Assembly (NCBI GenBank): GCA_965218085.1
Contig: CBDCKF010000001.1
Location: forward strand, 1,166,581-1,230,580
From: Terriglobia bacterium
GTDB lineage: Bacteria > Acidobacteriota > Terriglobia > 20CM-2-55-15
DNA: 64,000 nucleotides
Direction: 5' to 3'
Part shown: piece by piece, positions 19,035 to 29,569 of the stretch
How the letters are laid out: every line of letters begins with the position of its first letter
Numbering within the stretch: position 1 is the first letter of the stretch
The notes under the pieces: generated by a model
Told to the model about the DNA's origin: nothing
What the model saw: only the letters and a program-made list of their open reading frames with translations
The model's database searches: none
Position numbers and translations under genes: made by a program

Positions 19035-20435
19035 GCAGCCCGTGGCAGAAGTGAGATTCTCTGACACAGTCGTAACGTCGGATTCGATAGCCACGTTGGG
19101 CTCGATATCCAGCTGACGGAGTTCATGATGCGTTTGAAGCGCCATCTGGACGCAGAAGAGCACGATTTGAGCGGCAAAGTATGCCGCAGACCGGTCCTGC
19201 AGGCTCCGTGGCGTGCCCTGCCCGAACTTCTGGCGCAGGATCAACGCCAGGTTCAAGGCCGCGTAGTGAACCAGGATCCGTTTCAGGATATTTTCCCGTC
19301 CTCGAAGGTGAACCCGTCGCATGCCGCCGGTTTCCAGACCGTGAGCGAAGGGTCGTTCCAGCATCATGCCGCGATGCCGCAACAACTCCTTGCCGCGTTC
19401 TCCACGGATTCGACGGCGATTGGCATAGACAGCCTGTTGTTCGTCCGGCTTGTTCTTCCAGCGGCGACGGCCCCGATCCGGTTCCGAGATGTAGGTGCGT
19501 ATCCCCAATTCGCGAAGATTGACCATCGTTTCGTTGCTGTGATATCCCTTATCGGCGACGACTTCAGAAAACCAATCTTCTCGAATCTGCGCTTCGGTTT
19601 TCGGGTTGCTTGCCAGCTTCTCCATGTTCTCGGCCGTGCGGATCAACGTCTCTTTGATTGTCGTCGTATCCCCGGTGGCAGCACCCTGAACCGTCACCCC
19701 CAGCACGACGCCGGTCTTCATATCCACAGCGTGTTCCAGCTTGTGAGCCAAATGCGTGCGGCCGTCTTTCATCTTGGTGATCTGCGCATCCGCGTCGTCG
19801 GGATGCACCCAGTCGTCGTTCGATCCCTTCTTCGGCCGTTTCCGGTCCAGTCGCGCCAGTTCGGCTCGTGTCGGCGTTTCAATGCCCGAAGCGTGGGCCA
19901 ACTCCTTCAGAAAGTCCTCATAACTGTTCCTGGTGTCTCGCCGCACGATCGACCGCATTGCCGCGTTCGCTTCCAGCGTCGTCGCGTCCACGCCAACCGT
20001 CTTCCCGTCGATCAACCCGTGCCCGGCCAGCCGCTCCAGCATCCAGTGGAACACCTGGGCATGGGTTTCCAGATCGATCAGCCGGCGTGTCCGCGACACG
20101 CTGGAATGATCCGGGGTACCATCGGTCAGCCCAATGCCCAGAAACTCCCGCAGGCTCAGCGAGTCGGCACACCGCCAGGCGATGCCGCGTTCCGAGTCAA
20201 TCCCTTCGAAGTAGCCGACCAGCAGCATCCGAAAGTACACACCCGGCACGACACCGGGCCGACCCATCACCGGGGCGTAGAACTTCTGGCAGGCTTCTTC
20301 AACAAACGGGTCGAATCCGTCTTCTTCCAGAATCCGGTTCACCCGTTCGTAGAACACGTGTCCTTTGGTCCGCGGCAACTCCTGTGTCGCGATCCACAGC
20401 GATTCCTGGCGTCGTCTCTTTCGTCCCATGCCCAT
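19032..20435 (-). CDS. IS1182-family transposase
   Basis: GIDSERGI, TPDHSSVSR, VDATTLEANAAM and VADKGY motifs; GAAGGAGG RBS before 20435; the stop TAG is supplied by the target duplication. Confidence 0.9.
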   Translation of the reverse strand: MGMGRKRRRQESLWIATQELPRTKGHVFYERVNRILEEDGFDPFVEEACQKFYAPVMGRPGVVPGVYFRMLLVGYFEGIDSERGIAWRCADSLSLREFLGIGLTDGTPDHSSVSRTRRLIDLETHAQVFHWMLERLAGHGLIDGKTVGVDATTLEANAAMRSIVRRDTRNSYEDFLKELAHASGIETPTRAELARLDRKRPKKGSNDDWVHPDDADAQITKMKDGRTHLAHKLEHAVDMKTGVVLGVTVQGAATGDTTTIKETLIRTAENMEKLASNPKTEAQIREDWFSEVVADKGYHSNETMVNLRELGIRTYISEPDRGRRRWKNKPDEQQAVYANRRRIRGERGKELLRHRGMMLERPFAHGLETGGMRRVHLRGRENILKRILVHYAALNLALILRQKFGQGTPRSLQDRSAAYFAAQIVLFCVQMALQTHHELRQLDIEPNVAIESDVTTVSENLTSATGC

Positions 20436-20522
20436 ATCCCGTCCTCCTTCACTCATCATTCTTCGCGATACGGTCGCATCGGGTCCGTTTGAATCTGTGA
20501 AGTGGACTTTAACCACGGGCTG
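19036..20522 (-). mobile_element. IS1182-family insertion sequence
   Basis: TIR cagcccgtgg...aagt / actt...ccacgggctg; CTAG duplicated at 19032-35 and 20523-26. Confidence 0.88.
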
Positions 20523-20582
20523 CTAGGACCTTTGCTCCGCTGTGTCAGATTCAGGCAGGAGAAACTTTGGACCTATTGATCC

Positions 20583-22012
20583 GAAGGTGTCCGATTTCTA
20601 GTTGAAAGTTAGATGGCGGTTCCATCCTTCCGACTCCGTAGAATCGGGGTTGGGAAACCTTACAGAGGAGGAACCGCCGAATGAAAGCATACCGAATCGT
20701 GAGCCGCGACGACAGCCAGTCGTTGGCGGAATATTTGACAGAGAACGGGCAGATTCTGCTGCCGATGGTCGAGCTGATCGAAGGGTCGCGGATGGCGATC
20801 GACGAGTTGATCGACGTGTTGGGACGTGCCAGTATCGAGGCCGTGTTGCAGTTGTCGGCGCAGGGTGTGGCCGGAGAGAAGCAGCGGGGCCGGGCGAAGG
20901 AGTCGATTCGTTGGCACGGCAGGCAGGCTGGCAGCGTGCGGCTGTCGGATCGCAAGCTGCGAGTCCGAAAGCCCCGACTTCGGAAGAAGGGGCGGGGTAA
21001 AGGCCAGGAGGTCGAGATCCCGGCCTACGAGGCGATCAACGCGAACGGGACGATCGGCAGCCGGGTTCTGGAGATCCTGATGTCGAACGTCTCGACCCGG
21101 CAATACGAACGGGTCATTCCCCAGATGGCCGACACGGTCGGTGTCAGCAAGTCGTCGGTGAGCCGGGAATTCGTTGAGCAGAGCGGGAAGGAGTTGAAGC
21201 GGCTGAGCGAACGCCGGTTCGAGGACCGGGAGTTCCTGGTGATCTATCTGGACGGCGTGATCTTCGGAGAATTTCACGTGCTTTGCGCCGTGGGCGTGGA
21301 TTCCAGCGGCGAGAAGGTCGTCCTGGGAATAAAGGACGGCGCGAGCGAGAACGCGGCCACGGCGGTCACGCTGCTGGAGGATCTCGTCGACCGGGGCATC
21401 GATCCAGGTCGGCGGTACCTGTTCGTCATTGACGGCGCAAAAGCGCTGCGGAGCGCGATCGACAAGGTCTTTGGCCGTCAGAATCCGGTCCAGCGATGCC
21501 GCAACCACAAGATCCGGAACGTCGCGGCGAAGCTCCCCGACGAATTGGCTCCGCAGGTCGTTTCCGTCATGAAAGCCGCGTTCCGCTTGCCGTGGAAGGA
21601 AGGCATCGCCCGGATCCGAAAGCAAGCCGAATGGTTGCGGTCTCAGCATCCGGATGCTGCGGCCAGTCTCAAGGAAGGACTCGACGAAATGTTCACCATC
21701 AACCGTCTCGAACTGTCTCCGGCTCTTCGCCGTTGTCTGGGGTCGACGAACCTCATCGACAGTTCGCACTCCGGGATGCGTATCCGGACCCGTCGTGTGG
21801 GCCGATGGAAGAATGCCGACATGGCCCTGCGATGGGCGGCGGCCTCCTTCCTCGATACCGAGAAAAACTTCCGCAGAATTCTGGGATATAAGGATCTCTG
21901 GATGCTCCAGGCCAAACTCAACGACCTGGTCACTGGCGACGATCCGTCAAAGGTGGCTTAACTGATGAACTGAACCGCCATCGAAGGTTTCAACTGAATT
22001 CGGGACAGCTTC
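20583..22012 (+). mobile_element. IS256-family insertion sequence
   Basis: Imperfect TIR gaaggtgtccgatttctagttgaaa / tttcaactgaattcgggacagcttc; 8-bp direct repeat attgatcc (20575-82, 22013-20). Confidence 0.92.
20681..21961 (+). CDS. IS256-family transposase
   Basis: VSKSSVSR, YLDG, IDGAKAL, QRCRNHK and STNLIDS motifs. Confidence 0.95.
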   Translation: MKAYRIVSRDDSQSLAEYLTENGQILLPMVELIEGSRMAIDELIDVLGRASIEAVLQLSAQGVAGEKQRGRAKESIRWHGRQAGSVRLSDRKLRVRKPRLRKKGRGKGQEVEIPAYEAINANGTIGSRVLEILMSNVSTRQYERVIPQMADTVGVSKSSVSREFVEQSGKELKRLSERRFEDREFLVIYLDGVIFGEFHVLCAVGVDSSGEKVVLGIKDGASENAATAVTLLEDLVDRGIDPGRRYLFVIDGAKALRSAIDKVFGRQNPVQRCRNHKIRNVAAKLPDELAPQVVSVMKAAFRLPWKEGIARIRKQAEWLRSQHPDAAASLKEGLDEMFTINRLELSPALRRCLGSTNLIDSSHSGMRIRTRRVGRWKNADMALRWAAASFLDTEKNFRRILGYKDLWMLQAKLNDLVTGDDPSKVA

Positions 22013-22023
22013 ATTGATCCGGC

Positions 22024-22956
22024 TTATTTCTGACGGTCTGAAGTTTCGTCCGCTGGCGCCCCGGAGACCTTTCGGAGGACCCGATTCCACCACATGACGC
22101 CGCCCGTCACGAACATTAGTGCCGGAACGAGTCCGAGAATTGCCCACAAGGCCTGGAGCGCGGGATAGTTGCGGAAGCGGCCGAAATGAAGGCGTGTGAG
22201 CCACAACAGGGCGGCGTCGCCGGGACGATCTCCCAGGATCTCATCCGGGTCGGAAACGGCATCAACAACGGCTTGGAACGGATCCGGGAAAGCGAGGTAA
22301 ACTCCCGAAACGGCCCAAAGCAGCATCAGAGCGAAGACCCAGAACCCTAAGGCACTGTGAAGATCCCAATTGAACCGGGGCCAGCGCGATTTCCATCGGA
22401 TCGACAGGCTTCGACGAACTTTTTTCCGCCCTGGCCACCAGATGACGGCTCCTGTCAAGATCAGTAGCGTGACCAGAGCGCTGCCGATGCCATTGATCTT
22501 GCGGCCGTCGAATCCCATCAGGAGGTCGTCGTGTAGCTCTGTGATCCAGAATATTGCCCGAACGCCATCCGTCAAGGCTTCGCCCAGGTCTTCTCCTGTA
22601 TAGGGGTTGAACACGCGCTCCTGGATGTCGTCGCCCAACACCAGGTTTACGGACATTACGGGCCGGCGGCGTGTCACTCGCCTTCCGATTCGCGTGACCT
22701 CATATCCGGGATAGGCCCGTTGGGCGGCCACCGTCATTTCTTCGACTGACATCGGCTCCCGGTCGGGTTGGAATTCGGGCATGGGTGATTCCAGCACGCT
22801 GACAAGCTCGCCGCTGTATACGAGCACACTTCCGGTCACGCTGAGCATCACGATATAGAGACCGACCCCCAGACCGGTCCAGAGGTGAATCTGGAAGATG
22901 GCCCTTCGAAGCCAGACGCTCCGGGGCTGGTCGATCCATTGCTTCAGGTAAGTCAT
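22024..22956 (-). CDS. PepSY-associated TM helix protein
   Basis: HLWTGL, NPYTGE, ELHDDL, DLHSALG and RLHFG His-containing TM motifs. Confidence 0.9.
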   Translation of the reverse strand: MTYLKQWIDQPRSVWLRRAIFQIHLWTGLGVGLYIVMLSVTGSVLVYSGELVSVLESPMPEFQPDREPMSVEEMTVAAQRAYPGYEVTRIGRRVTRRRPVMSVNLVLGDDIQERVFNPYTGEDLGEALTDGVRAIFWITELHDDLLMGFDGRKINGIGSALVTLLILTGAVIWWPGRKKVRRSLSIRWKSRWPRFNWDLHSALGFWVFALMLLWAVSGVYLAFPDPFQAVVDAVSDPDEILGDRPGDAALLWLTRLHFGRFRNYPALQALWAILGLVPALMFVTGGVMWWNRVLRKVSGAPADETSDRQK

Positions 22957-23229
22957 CAGATGGCTCGGTATTATATCTGCCCCCACGGCATTGCCTAACG
23001 ATGAACAATTAGAAACGAATTCGAGCAACACTATAGCCGGACTTTCTTCGTGGGTTCCAACGCTTGCTCCATAATGGAAGTTGTTGCGGCCCGGAAAAGG
23101 ACCCAATCTGTCTGTCGAAATGAGATGCTGAGGGGGCACCGGACATCTGGGTTTCGGCGCCTCCCCTGAGGCCCTTTCTTGGCTCCGCGCATCGACGAGT
23201 TATGTCGAGCATGTCTTTAATATTTGCCC

Positions 23230-26200
23230 ATGCTGAAGTTACGCCGCATAGAACTGCTCGGGTTTAAGTCCTTTTACGAGCGCTCTGAAATTACCATCAA
23301 CGATATCGGTATTACCGCCGTTGTGGGTCCGAACGGTTGTGGAAAAAGCAACATTTCCGACGCGATCGCCTGGGTTTTGGGGGAGCAGCGCGCGCGTTCA
23401 TTGCGCGGCGGCCGAATGGAAGACGTCATTTTCAGTGGAACAGGCCGCCGCTCTCCGCTGGGTATGGCGGAGGTCACGATAAGCCTGGTAGACGACGCAC
23501 CGTCACACAGCAACGGTGGTCCACCGCCTGGGCCCGTCGAAATGACGGTTCAGCGCCGACTCTTTAGGTCCGGTGAGAGCCAGTATTTGTTGAACGGGCG
23601 TCCGTGTCGCCTCCGCGACATTCAGGACCTCTTTATTGGCACCGGACTCGGTCCCAACAGTTACGCGATCATCGAGCAGGGCCGGATTGGTCAACTCCTG
23701 AGCGCGCGGCCCTCGGATCGTCGAACGGTCATCGAAGAAGCGGCCGGGGTCACCAAGTTCAAGGCGAAGCGGAAGCTTGCGGAGTCGCGATTGCAAGCAG
23801 CCCGGACCAACCTTTCCCGCGTCAATGACATCCTCGCAGAGGTTGAACGCCAACGGAATTCGTTGAAGCGACAGTCAGGGAAAGCCCGGCGATACCGTGA
23901 GGTCCGCCGGCGGCTGCGGGAAGTGCTCGGAGCCGTATTTTCGACGCGCGCCGACATGCTGATCGATGGTCAGGCGCGTGTTGACCGGGCCCTTGCGGGA
24001 ATCTCCTCCGAAGGCGAACGGATGGAGGCGAAGGTCGCCGAACTCGACGGCCAGGTGCATCGATCGCGCGAAGGTGTCGAAACCGAAGAGAAGCAACTCG
24101 ATGAAACGCGGGAAGTTCAAGTGGCCACCAAATTGGATTTGGAAAAGGCGCACCAACGAATCGAACGCTTCCAGGATCAAGTGCGTTCATTGGACGAACG
24201 TCTTCGGGAGTTGGCAACTGAGAAGGACCGGGTCACGGAGAATCTTAAGACCCGGCAGGAGCAAGTCGCCGCGAGTGTATCAAGGTTCGGTCAGGCCGAC
24301 CAGAGCCTTGCTGAAGCCCAAAGAAACCACCAAAGCGCGCAAGCCACTCTGGAAGCGACCGGGAGGCTTCGAAGCGAAGCCGAGGCCGCCATCGACGGAC
24401 TCAGGAACCGCCGTTTCGATATAGTCGGACGCGAGGCGGAAATCGGAAACGAGCTTTTGGGCAAGGCAGAACTGGTCCAACGCTTAGACCGGCAAGTCGA
24501 CCGCGTCAAGGGCGAAGAGGAAGAGGCTTTCCTCGCCGCCGGTCGGTGCCGGGCCAAGCTTGAGGCAGCCCAGCTGGAACATTCCTCAAGAAAAACCGAG
24601 ATCAGCCGCCTGGCTCTTGAATGTGACTGTGTCGAAACCGAGTTCCGGGATACATCATCTGATCTCGCTCTCGCACAACAGGCTGCGGCAGAAGCGCGTT
24701 CAAGCGAAGAGGGGATTCGCCACCGACTTGAAACAATACGTGAGCTGTCCCTGGACCGTGCCTATGGTACGGAATCGGTTCAGCAATTCTTCAACCATGT
24801 GAGGGACGAATCGTGGGCTCCGATGGGAATCGTCGCCGACTTTATCGAGGTCGAACCCGACTACGAAGCTATTGTGGAAGACTTGTTCCACAGCGAACTT
24901 CAATACGTTGTCGTCGAGGACCTGCTACATGCCGAAAAGGCCCTGGCGATCGCCCGTGGCCGAACGCACGGCCGGCTGGAGTTCCTCGTGGCCAATTCCT
25001 CACCCGAATCTGCCGGAGATGCTGAGGCGATTGACGGCGCACAGCCAGTTGTCGATCTGGTCCGGCTGGATCCGCGACTGCAGTTTTTCCTCAGCCATGT
25101 CCGAAACGCCTACATCGTGGAGGATCTCTCCCTGGCATGGCGTCTCTCGGGCAGCTATCGGGGTAAGACCTTCGTGGCCCGAAGCGGTGAAGTTGTCCGG
25201 GACCGTGTCATTAGCTGGGGTGAACGTTCCAGCCACGGCCCGCTTTCGCTAAAGCGCGAGTTGCGTGATCTGGATCGCCGCGTGGAGGAAGCCCGTCGGG
25301 ACTCCCATGCCGCTTCCCTGAGAGCGGAGGAACTTGGCGAGCGGCTGGAGCGCCTGGAACAGTCCAGGCAGGAATTGACCCTCAAGTTGCAGGAGGTCGA
25401 GAAGGAAGCGCTTGGGCTCGATCACGGCCTTCGGAGCCTGACCGCTGAACTTGAAAGAACCCAGCAACGTTTGGGAATCGCGCAGGCTGAAATCCGTCGT
25501 TTCGCAGAGGAGCGTAAGGAACTGGAAGAGGCGCTGGTCCGGGCGCGGTCGGACCTGGAGACGGTTCGTGCGGAGAAAACCGCGACCGACGAACAGCTGC
25601 AGGTCCAGAGTGCGGATAGCGAGCGTCTGCGGAGCGAATTGGAGACACAATCTTTGGCAGTCGCCGAACTCAGATCGCAACTGGCGGTTCTCGAGGAACG
25701 AAAAGAGGCTTTCGTGCGCGACATTGCAGCTTTGAGGGCGCAGGAGGCGGAACTCAAAGCCCGTTGCCGTCAGGTGGAAGAACAGTTCGAGGATGCGGAG
25801 GAACAGAAATCGACCGCGCAGGCTTCGATCGAAGCGGACCAGTTGCGGCGGGACGAACTCGGTATTCGGGTAGAAGAACTCCAGGACCAGACTTCCAAAG
25901 TTCTCGACGGGCTCGAAACGCTTCGTAATAATCTGCGCGAGGCCGAGACGGGATGGGACGAGGTGCGGGCCGCTCTCGATGGGTGGAAGGACCGCCACAA
26001 CCAACTTGATATCGAAAAGACACAAATCGATGCCGATATGAAACACCTGGTAAGTCTCTGTTTCAGCGAACTGGGAGAAAGCATAGAGTCGGTCTGCCTC
26101 GATAGCTTTGAGACTCTGGGGCCGGAAGAACTGGAGGCGCGCGACAGCGAGTATCAGGAGTTGCGTCGGAAAATCGATTCGATCGGTGCGGTCAATATGA

Positions 26201-26778
26201 TGGCCGTGGAGGAGTATGAAGAGGCCGCCCAACGGTTCGATTTCCTGACCGGTCAAAGGCAGGATCTACTCGATTCCATCAGGGATACCTCGCTGGCGAT
26301 TGAGGAGATCGATACCGTGTGCCGGCAGCAGTTCAGCGAGGCATTCAAGATGATTAATAAAGGATTCACCGAGTCCTTTATCGAACTTTTCGGTGGAGGT
26401 TACGGCGAATTGCGACTGGTCGACCAAGAGTCGGATACCTCTGACCCTGGTATCGAGATTGTGGCCCAGCCTCCGGGTAAGAAACTGCAGAACGTTCTTC
26501 TTCTTTCGGGCGGAGAGAAGGCTCTCACAGCGCTTGCGCTTGTTGTTGCTTTGTTTCGATTCAAACCCAGCCCGTTTTGCGTCCTCGATGAGGTGGACGC
26601 TCCACTCGACGATGTCAATATCGACCGGTTTGCCGGCCTGATCCGTCTGATGAGCGATGAGACACAGTTCATCGTTATAACCCACAGCAAGCGCACAATG
26701 GAGACGGCGAACCAACTCTACGGTGTAACGATGGAAGAGCCGGGCATCTCCAAAGTCGTTTCTGTAAGATTGAATTGA
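23230..26778 (+). CDS. smc: Chromosome segregation protein SMC
   Basis: GFKSF, GPNGCGKSN, coiled coils with a hinge, LSGGEK and LDEVDAPLD. Confidence 0.96.
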   Translation: MLKLRRIELLGFKSFYERSEITINDIGITAVVGPNGCGKSNISDAIAWVLGEQRARSLRGGRMEDVIFSGTGRRSPLGMAEVTISLVDDAPSHSNGGPPPGPVEMTVQRRLFRSGESQYLLNGRPCRLRDIQDLFIGTGLGPNSYAIIEQGRIGQLLSARPSDRRTVIEEAAGVTKFKAKRKLAESRLQAARTNLSRVNDILAEVERQRNSLKRQSGKARRYREVRRRLREVLGAVFSTRADMLIDGQARVDRALAGISSEGERMEAKVAELDGQVHRSREGVETEEKQLDETREVQVATKLDLEKAHQRIERFQDQVRSLDERLRELATEKDRVTENLKTRQEQVAASVSRFGQADQSLAEAQRNHQSAQATLEATGRLRSEAEAAIDGLRNRRFDIVGREAEIGNELLGKAELVQRLDRQVDRVKGEEEEAFLAAGRCRAKLEAAQLEHSSRKTEISRLALECDCVETEFRDTSSDLALAQQAAAEARSSEEGIRHRLETIRELSLDRAYGTESVQQFFNHVRDESWAPMGIVADFIEVEPDYEAIVEDLFHSELQYVVVEDLLHAEKALAIARGRTHGRLEFLVANSSPESAGDAEAIDGAQPVVDLVRLDPRLQFFLSHVRNAYIVEDLSLAWRLSGSYRGKTFVARSGEVVRDRVISWGERSSHGPLSLKRELRDLDRRVEEARRDSHAASLRAEELGERLERLEQSRQELTLKLQEVEKEALGLDHGLRSLTAELERTQQRLGIAQAEIRRFAEERKELEEALVRARSDLETVRAEKTATDEQLQVQSADSERLRSELETQSLAVAELRSQLAVLEERKEAFVRDIAALRAQEAELKARCRQVEEQFEDAEEQKSTAQASIEADQLRRDELGIRVEELQDQTSKVLDGLETLRNNLREAETGWDEVRAALDGWKDRHNQLDIEKTQIDADMKHLVSLCFSELGESIESVCLDSFETLGPEELEARDSEYQELRRKIDSIGAVNMMAVEEYEEAAQRFDFLTGQRQDLLDSIRDTSLAIEEIDTVCRQQFSEAFKMINKGFTESFIELFGGGYGELRLVDQESDTSDPGIEIVAQPPGKKLQNVLLLSGGEKALTALALVVALFRFKPSPFCVLDEVDAPLDDVNIDRFAGLIRLMSDETQFIVITHSKRTMETANQLYGVTMEEPGISKVVSVRLN

Positions 26779-26791
26779 CAACGCTGACCGC

Positions 26792-26976
26792 ATGGCGAGG
26801 CCTATAGGGATCGGCGGAATGTTGAAGTGGTCCCCAAAAGGACCCGCACCGGTCTGACGGTGCGGGTGGACCGCTTTCAACGGAAAGACGCGGTAGCCGA
26901 GGCGTCTAGAGTAATAAGATAATCGGGTGGGACTGAGACACTCTAATGAGGAGCGCATTTGTGGCTCCGGGCGCTA
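26792..26976. mobile_element. MITE family A, copy 3 (inverted, truncated)
   Basis: Reverse complement matches the left ~185 nt of copy 2 and ends within the GCCAT hairpin. Confidence 0.78.
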
Positions 26977-27016
26977 GTTTTTAGACGCGAAAGTCTTGAA
27001 CCGTGGTTTGAGAGGG

Positions 27017-27910
27017 ATGATTCCGATGGTTTTGATCCAGACTGACCTATCCGGCCTCAAGTTCCATTCACGCGGTAAAGTTCGTGATATCTACGATCTG
27101 GGAAGTGCTCTTTTGTTCATCGCTACCGACCGGCTGTCGGCATTTGATGTCGTTCTACCGACTGCGATCCCGAATAAGGGAAGGGTGCTGACCCAGATGT
27201 CGCTGTTCTGGTTTGACTACTTCAAAGAGGTCCTTCCAAATCACGTTCTCACCGACAACGTTGATGAATATCCGGAGGAAGTACGGGGCTTTAAGGAACA
27301 ATTAGAAGGCCGTTCGTTACTGGTCCGGCGGGCTGAGGTGTTTCCGATTGAATGCGTTGTGCGCGGCTATCTTGCCGGTTCCGGCTGGAAAGATTACAAG
27401 CAATCGGGCGCGGTATGTGGGATCGGTCTGGGATCTGGCTTGTCCGAGTCCGACAAGCTTTCTGAACCCATCTTCACCCCAGCTACCAAAGCGGCCACCG
27501 GGCACGATGAGAATATATCGGAAGATACCGCTGCCGATATCGTTGGGCGCGATACGATCAACAAACTCCGGGATCTCTCCGTCGACGTCTACAATCGGGC
27601 TGCAGCCTATGCCGCCGAGCGCGGCATTATAATATGCGACACCAAATTTGAGTTTGGCATCGTGGACGGCAAAATTACGATCGTGGACGAAATGCTCACG
27701 CCGGATTCGTCCCGATTCTGGCCTTCCGCCGAATACTCGCCCGGGCGGGCACAACCCTCTTTCGACAAACAGTTTGTCCGGGACTATCTTGAAAGTATCG
27801 GCTGGGATAAACAGCCGCCCGCTCCCGAGCTTCCTCCGGATGTTGCCGAAGCGACCGGCAGCAAGTACATCGAAGCGTTTCGCCTGCTGACAGGTCTGAA
27901 CTTCGAATAA
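27017..27910 (+). CDS. purC: SAICAR synthase
   Basis: GKVRDIY, TDRLSAFDV, ECVVRGYLAGS, DTKFEFG and TPDSSRFW; the start may be 27017 or 27026. Confidence 0.96.
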   Translation: MIPMVLIQTDLSGLKFHSRGKVRDIYDLGSALLFIATDRLSAFDVVLPTAIPNKGRVLTQMSLFWFDYFKEVLPNHVLTDNVDEYPEEVRGFKEQLEGRSLLVRRAEVFPIECVVRGYLAGSGWKDYKQSGAVCGIGLGSGLSESDKLSEPIFTPATKAATGHDENISEDTAADIVGRDTINKLRDLSVDVYNRAAAYAAERGIIICDTKFEFGIVDGKITIVDEMLTPDSSRFWPSAEYSPGRAQPSFDKQFVRDYLESIGWDKQPPAPELPPDVAEATGSKYIEAFRLLTGLNFE

Positions 27911-27931
27911 GACAAAACCCAGAACCGAACC

Positions 27932-28477
27932 ATGGATATTTCGATCGGGAACCTTACACTCCTGGACTGGCTGGTGGTTGCGATCCTTCTCTATTCGGTG
28001 GTTATGAGTGCCATGCGCGGTTTTGTCCGCGAGGTCCTCGGTCTCGCTACGGTTGTCGTTGGAGTTGTTCTGGCTGCCTGGTTCTACCGGGACATCGGAA
28101 GTATTTTCTTTGGTGTTGTCAGAACGGAAGACCTTGCTCTATTCTTTGGGTTCTCCCTTCTGTTCGGGGGAACCCTGATCGTTGGCTTCACCCTGATTTG
28201 GCTTATTTATAAGTTTTTTGAGTTTGCGCACATCGAATGGTTCGACCGCTTGTTGGGAGGTGCTTTTGGCTTTGTGCGCGGATGGTTGATCGGTGTCGTA
28301 ATTTTTCTGGGGCTGACGTCGTTTCAAATCCAGTCCGAGGTTGTAAGAAACTCAGAATTATCGCCTTACTTTCTTCCGGGATCCCGAGTTGTAGCCGTCG
28401 TTACGCCTTTCGAGCTGAAGGCGAAGTTCTTGATCGGTTATGAGGAAGTTCAGCGATGGTGGCGCGAGAACCTGTAA
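27932..28477 (+). CDS. cvpA: CvpA family membrane protein
   Basis: RGFVREVL and DRLLGGAFGFVRG motifs; next to a purine gene. Confidence 0.85.
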   Translation: MDISIGNLTLLDWLVVAILLYSVVMSAMRGFVREVLGLATVVVGVVLAAWFYRDIGSIFFGVVRTEDLALFFGFSLLFGGTLIVGFTLIWLIYKFFEFAHIEWFDRLLGGAFGFVRGWLIGVVIFLGLTSFQIQSEVVRNSELSPYFLPGSRVVAVVTPFELKAKFLIGYEEVQRWWRENL

Positions 28478-28495
28478 CTTTGTAGGAACTATGTT

Positions 28496-28705
28496 GTGAA
28501 AAAGAAGTTGGAAGCCCTCATCACCGAAATGATCGACAGCGGCATACTTTTTGGGCAGGCCGGGGACGAATTCGAAAAGAGATTCATACAAACCGCACTT
28601 GGCAAGACGAAAGGCAACCAGACCCGAGCTGCAGAGATGCTCGGCATCCACCGGAACACCTTGAATCGGAAGATTAGCGTGCACAAGCTCAACGGCCGAA
28701 GATAG
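28496..28705 (+). CDS. Stand-alone Fis-type HTH protein
   Basis: EKRFIQTAL..TKGNQTRAAEMLGIHRNTLNRK. Confidence 0.88.
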   Translation: MKKKLEALITEMIDSGILFGQAGDEFEKRFIQTALGKTKGNQTRAAEMLGIHRNTLNRKISVHKLNGRR

Positions 28706-28779
28706 CCGGAGCGCCTCATACATTCGGGTACGGGCTCGCGGCTACCGCTGATCCAACCTGAGAGATTTTCGCCTGGAAG

Positions 28780-29569
28780 GGCGAGGATCCTCAGATCCGT
28801 TATATGTCACCGGTGGTGTGTGGCGCTTGAAATGCTTCCGGACCTCGGGGCCGAGCTTCCGGAATGCCGCGACCGACAGCGCGATGCCCGTCGAGTCCAG
28901 GACCGCCGCCGTATTGACCGCTTTTCCGATGACGTCGTATCGTTTTCCATCGGTTTCACCAAAAGAACCGGCAATCGCAGTTCCGAAGTGGACTTTCGCG
29001 TGGAAGCGACATTCCTATCCGCCTTTAATCAGCAGGGTGTCGACAGACTGCTTCAACTGAAGCAAGCTCTCGACGGCCCCCTCGACCGCAGTCTCCGGGA
29101 AGACAGCCAGACTCCCGTCACCAATGAACTTGACCGTGCGACCACCTGCGGCCCGGACCGCCTCGCCCACAAGTTCTTAGTGGCCTGTACCACCCAAATC
29201 GGGACCAGCGTTCGGGCCAAACGGCGTTGTATTCTAGGAGTCGGCGACGAGGAAATGCTTCTTCATTCCGAGGAGCGGACGACAACGAAGACAATGCCGT
29301 TTCGCCCGAACCCTATGGGCCGATGAGGGTTGCCAGCAATATCATTGTTACGAGCCGTCGTCGATGCGAAGACATCGACTTCCTTCTCGTGCCTCGATCT
29401 TGCCGGCAAGACCCATCGGCGCTGGTCTCGATCTGGGTGGTACAGGTCACTAGCATGCGTCGAGAGTGTCCGCCATTTGAGTGTCGGTAAAGCGTTTGCT
29501 TTGTAGGTAGAATCGGCTTAGGTCGGTAAAGACGATCAGCAAAGGGGATTCGGCGCGGGCTTCGTTCAT
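28780..29569 (-). pseudogene. Class III adenylate/guanylate cyclase pseudogene split by MITE-B
   Basis: N-half MNE..LLIVFTDLSRF (GGAGG RBS); C-half VKFIGDG..KVHFG.AIAG.FG...RYDVIGKAVNTAA. Also carries a frameshift and an in-frame TAG. The 3' end is approximate. Confidence 0.82.
29178..29452. mobile_element. MITE family B, copy 2 (inverted relative to copy 1)
   Basis: TIR tagtggcctgtaccaccc / gggtggtacaggtcacta; colinear with the reverse complement of 11923-12197. Confidence 0.88.

Noticed and set aside
19125-21769. Long ORFs antisense to the IS1182 and IS256 transposases
   Set aside because: Shadow frames of GC-rich coding sequence with no motifs.
28820-29326. 168-aa plus-strand ORF
   Set aside because: It is the antisense of the cyclase pseudogene running into MITE-B.
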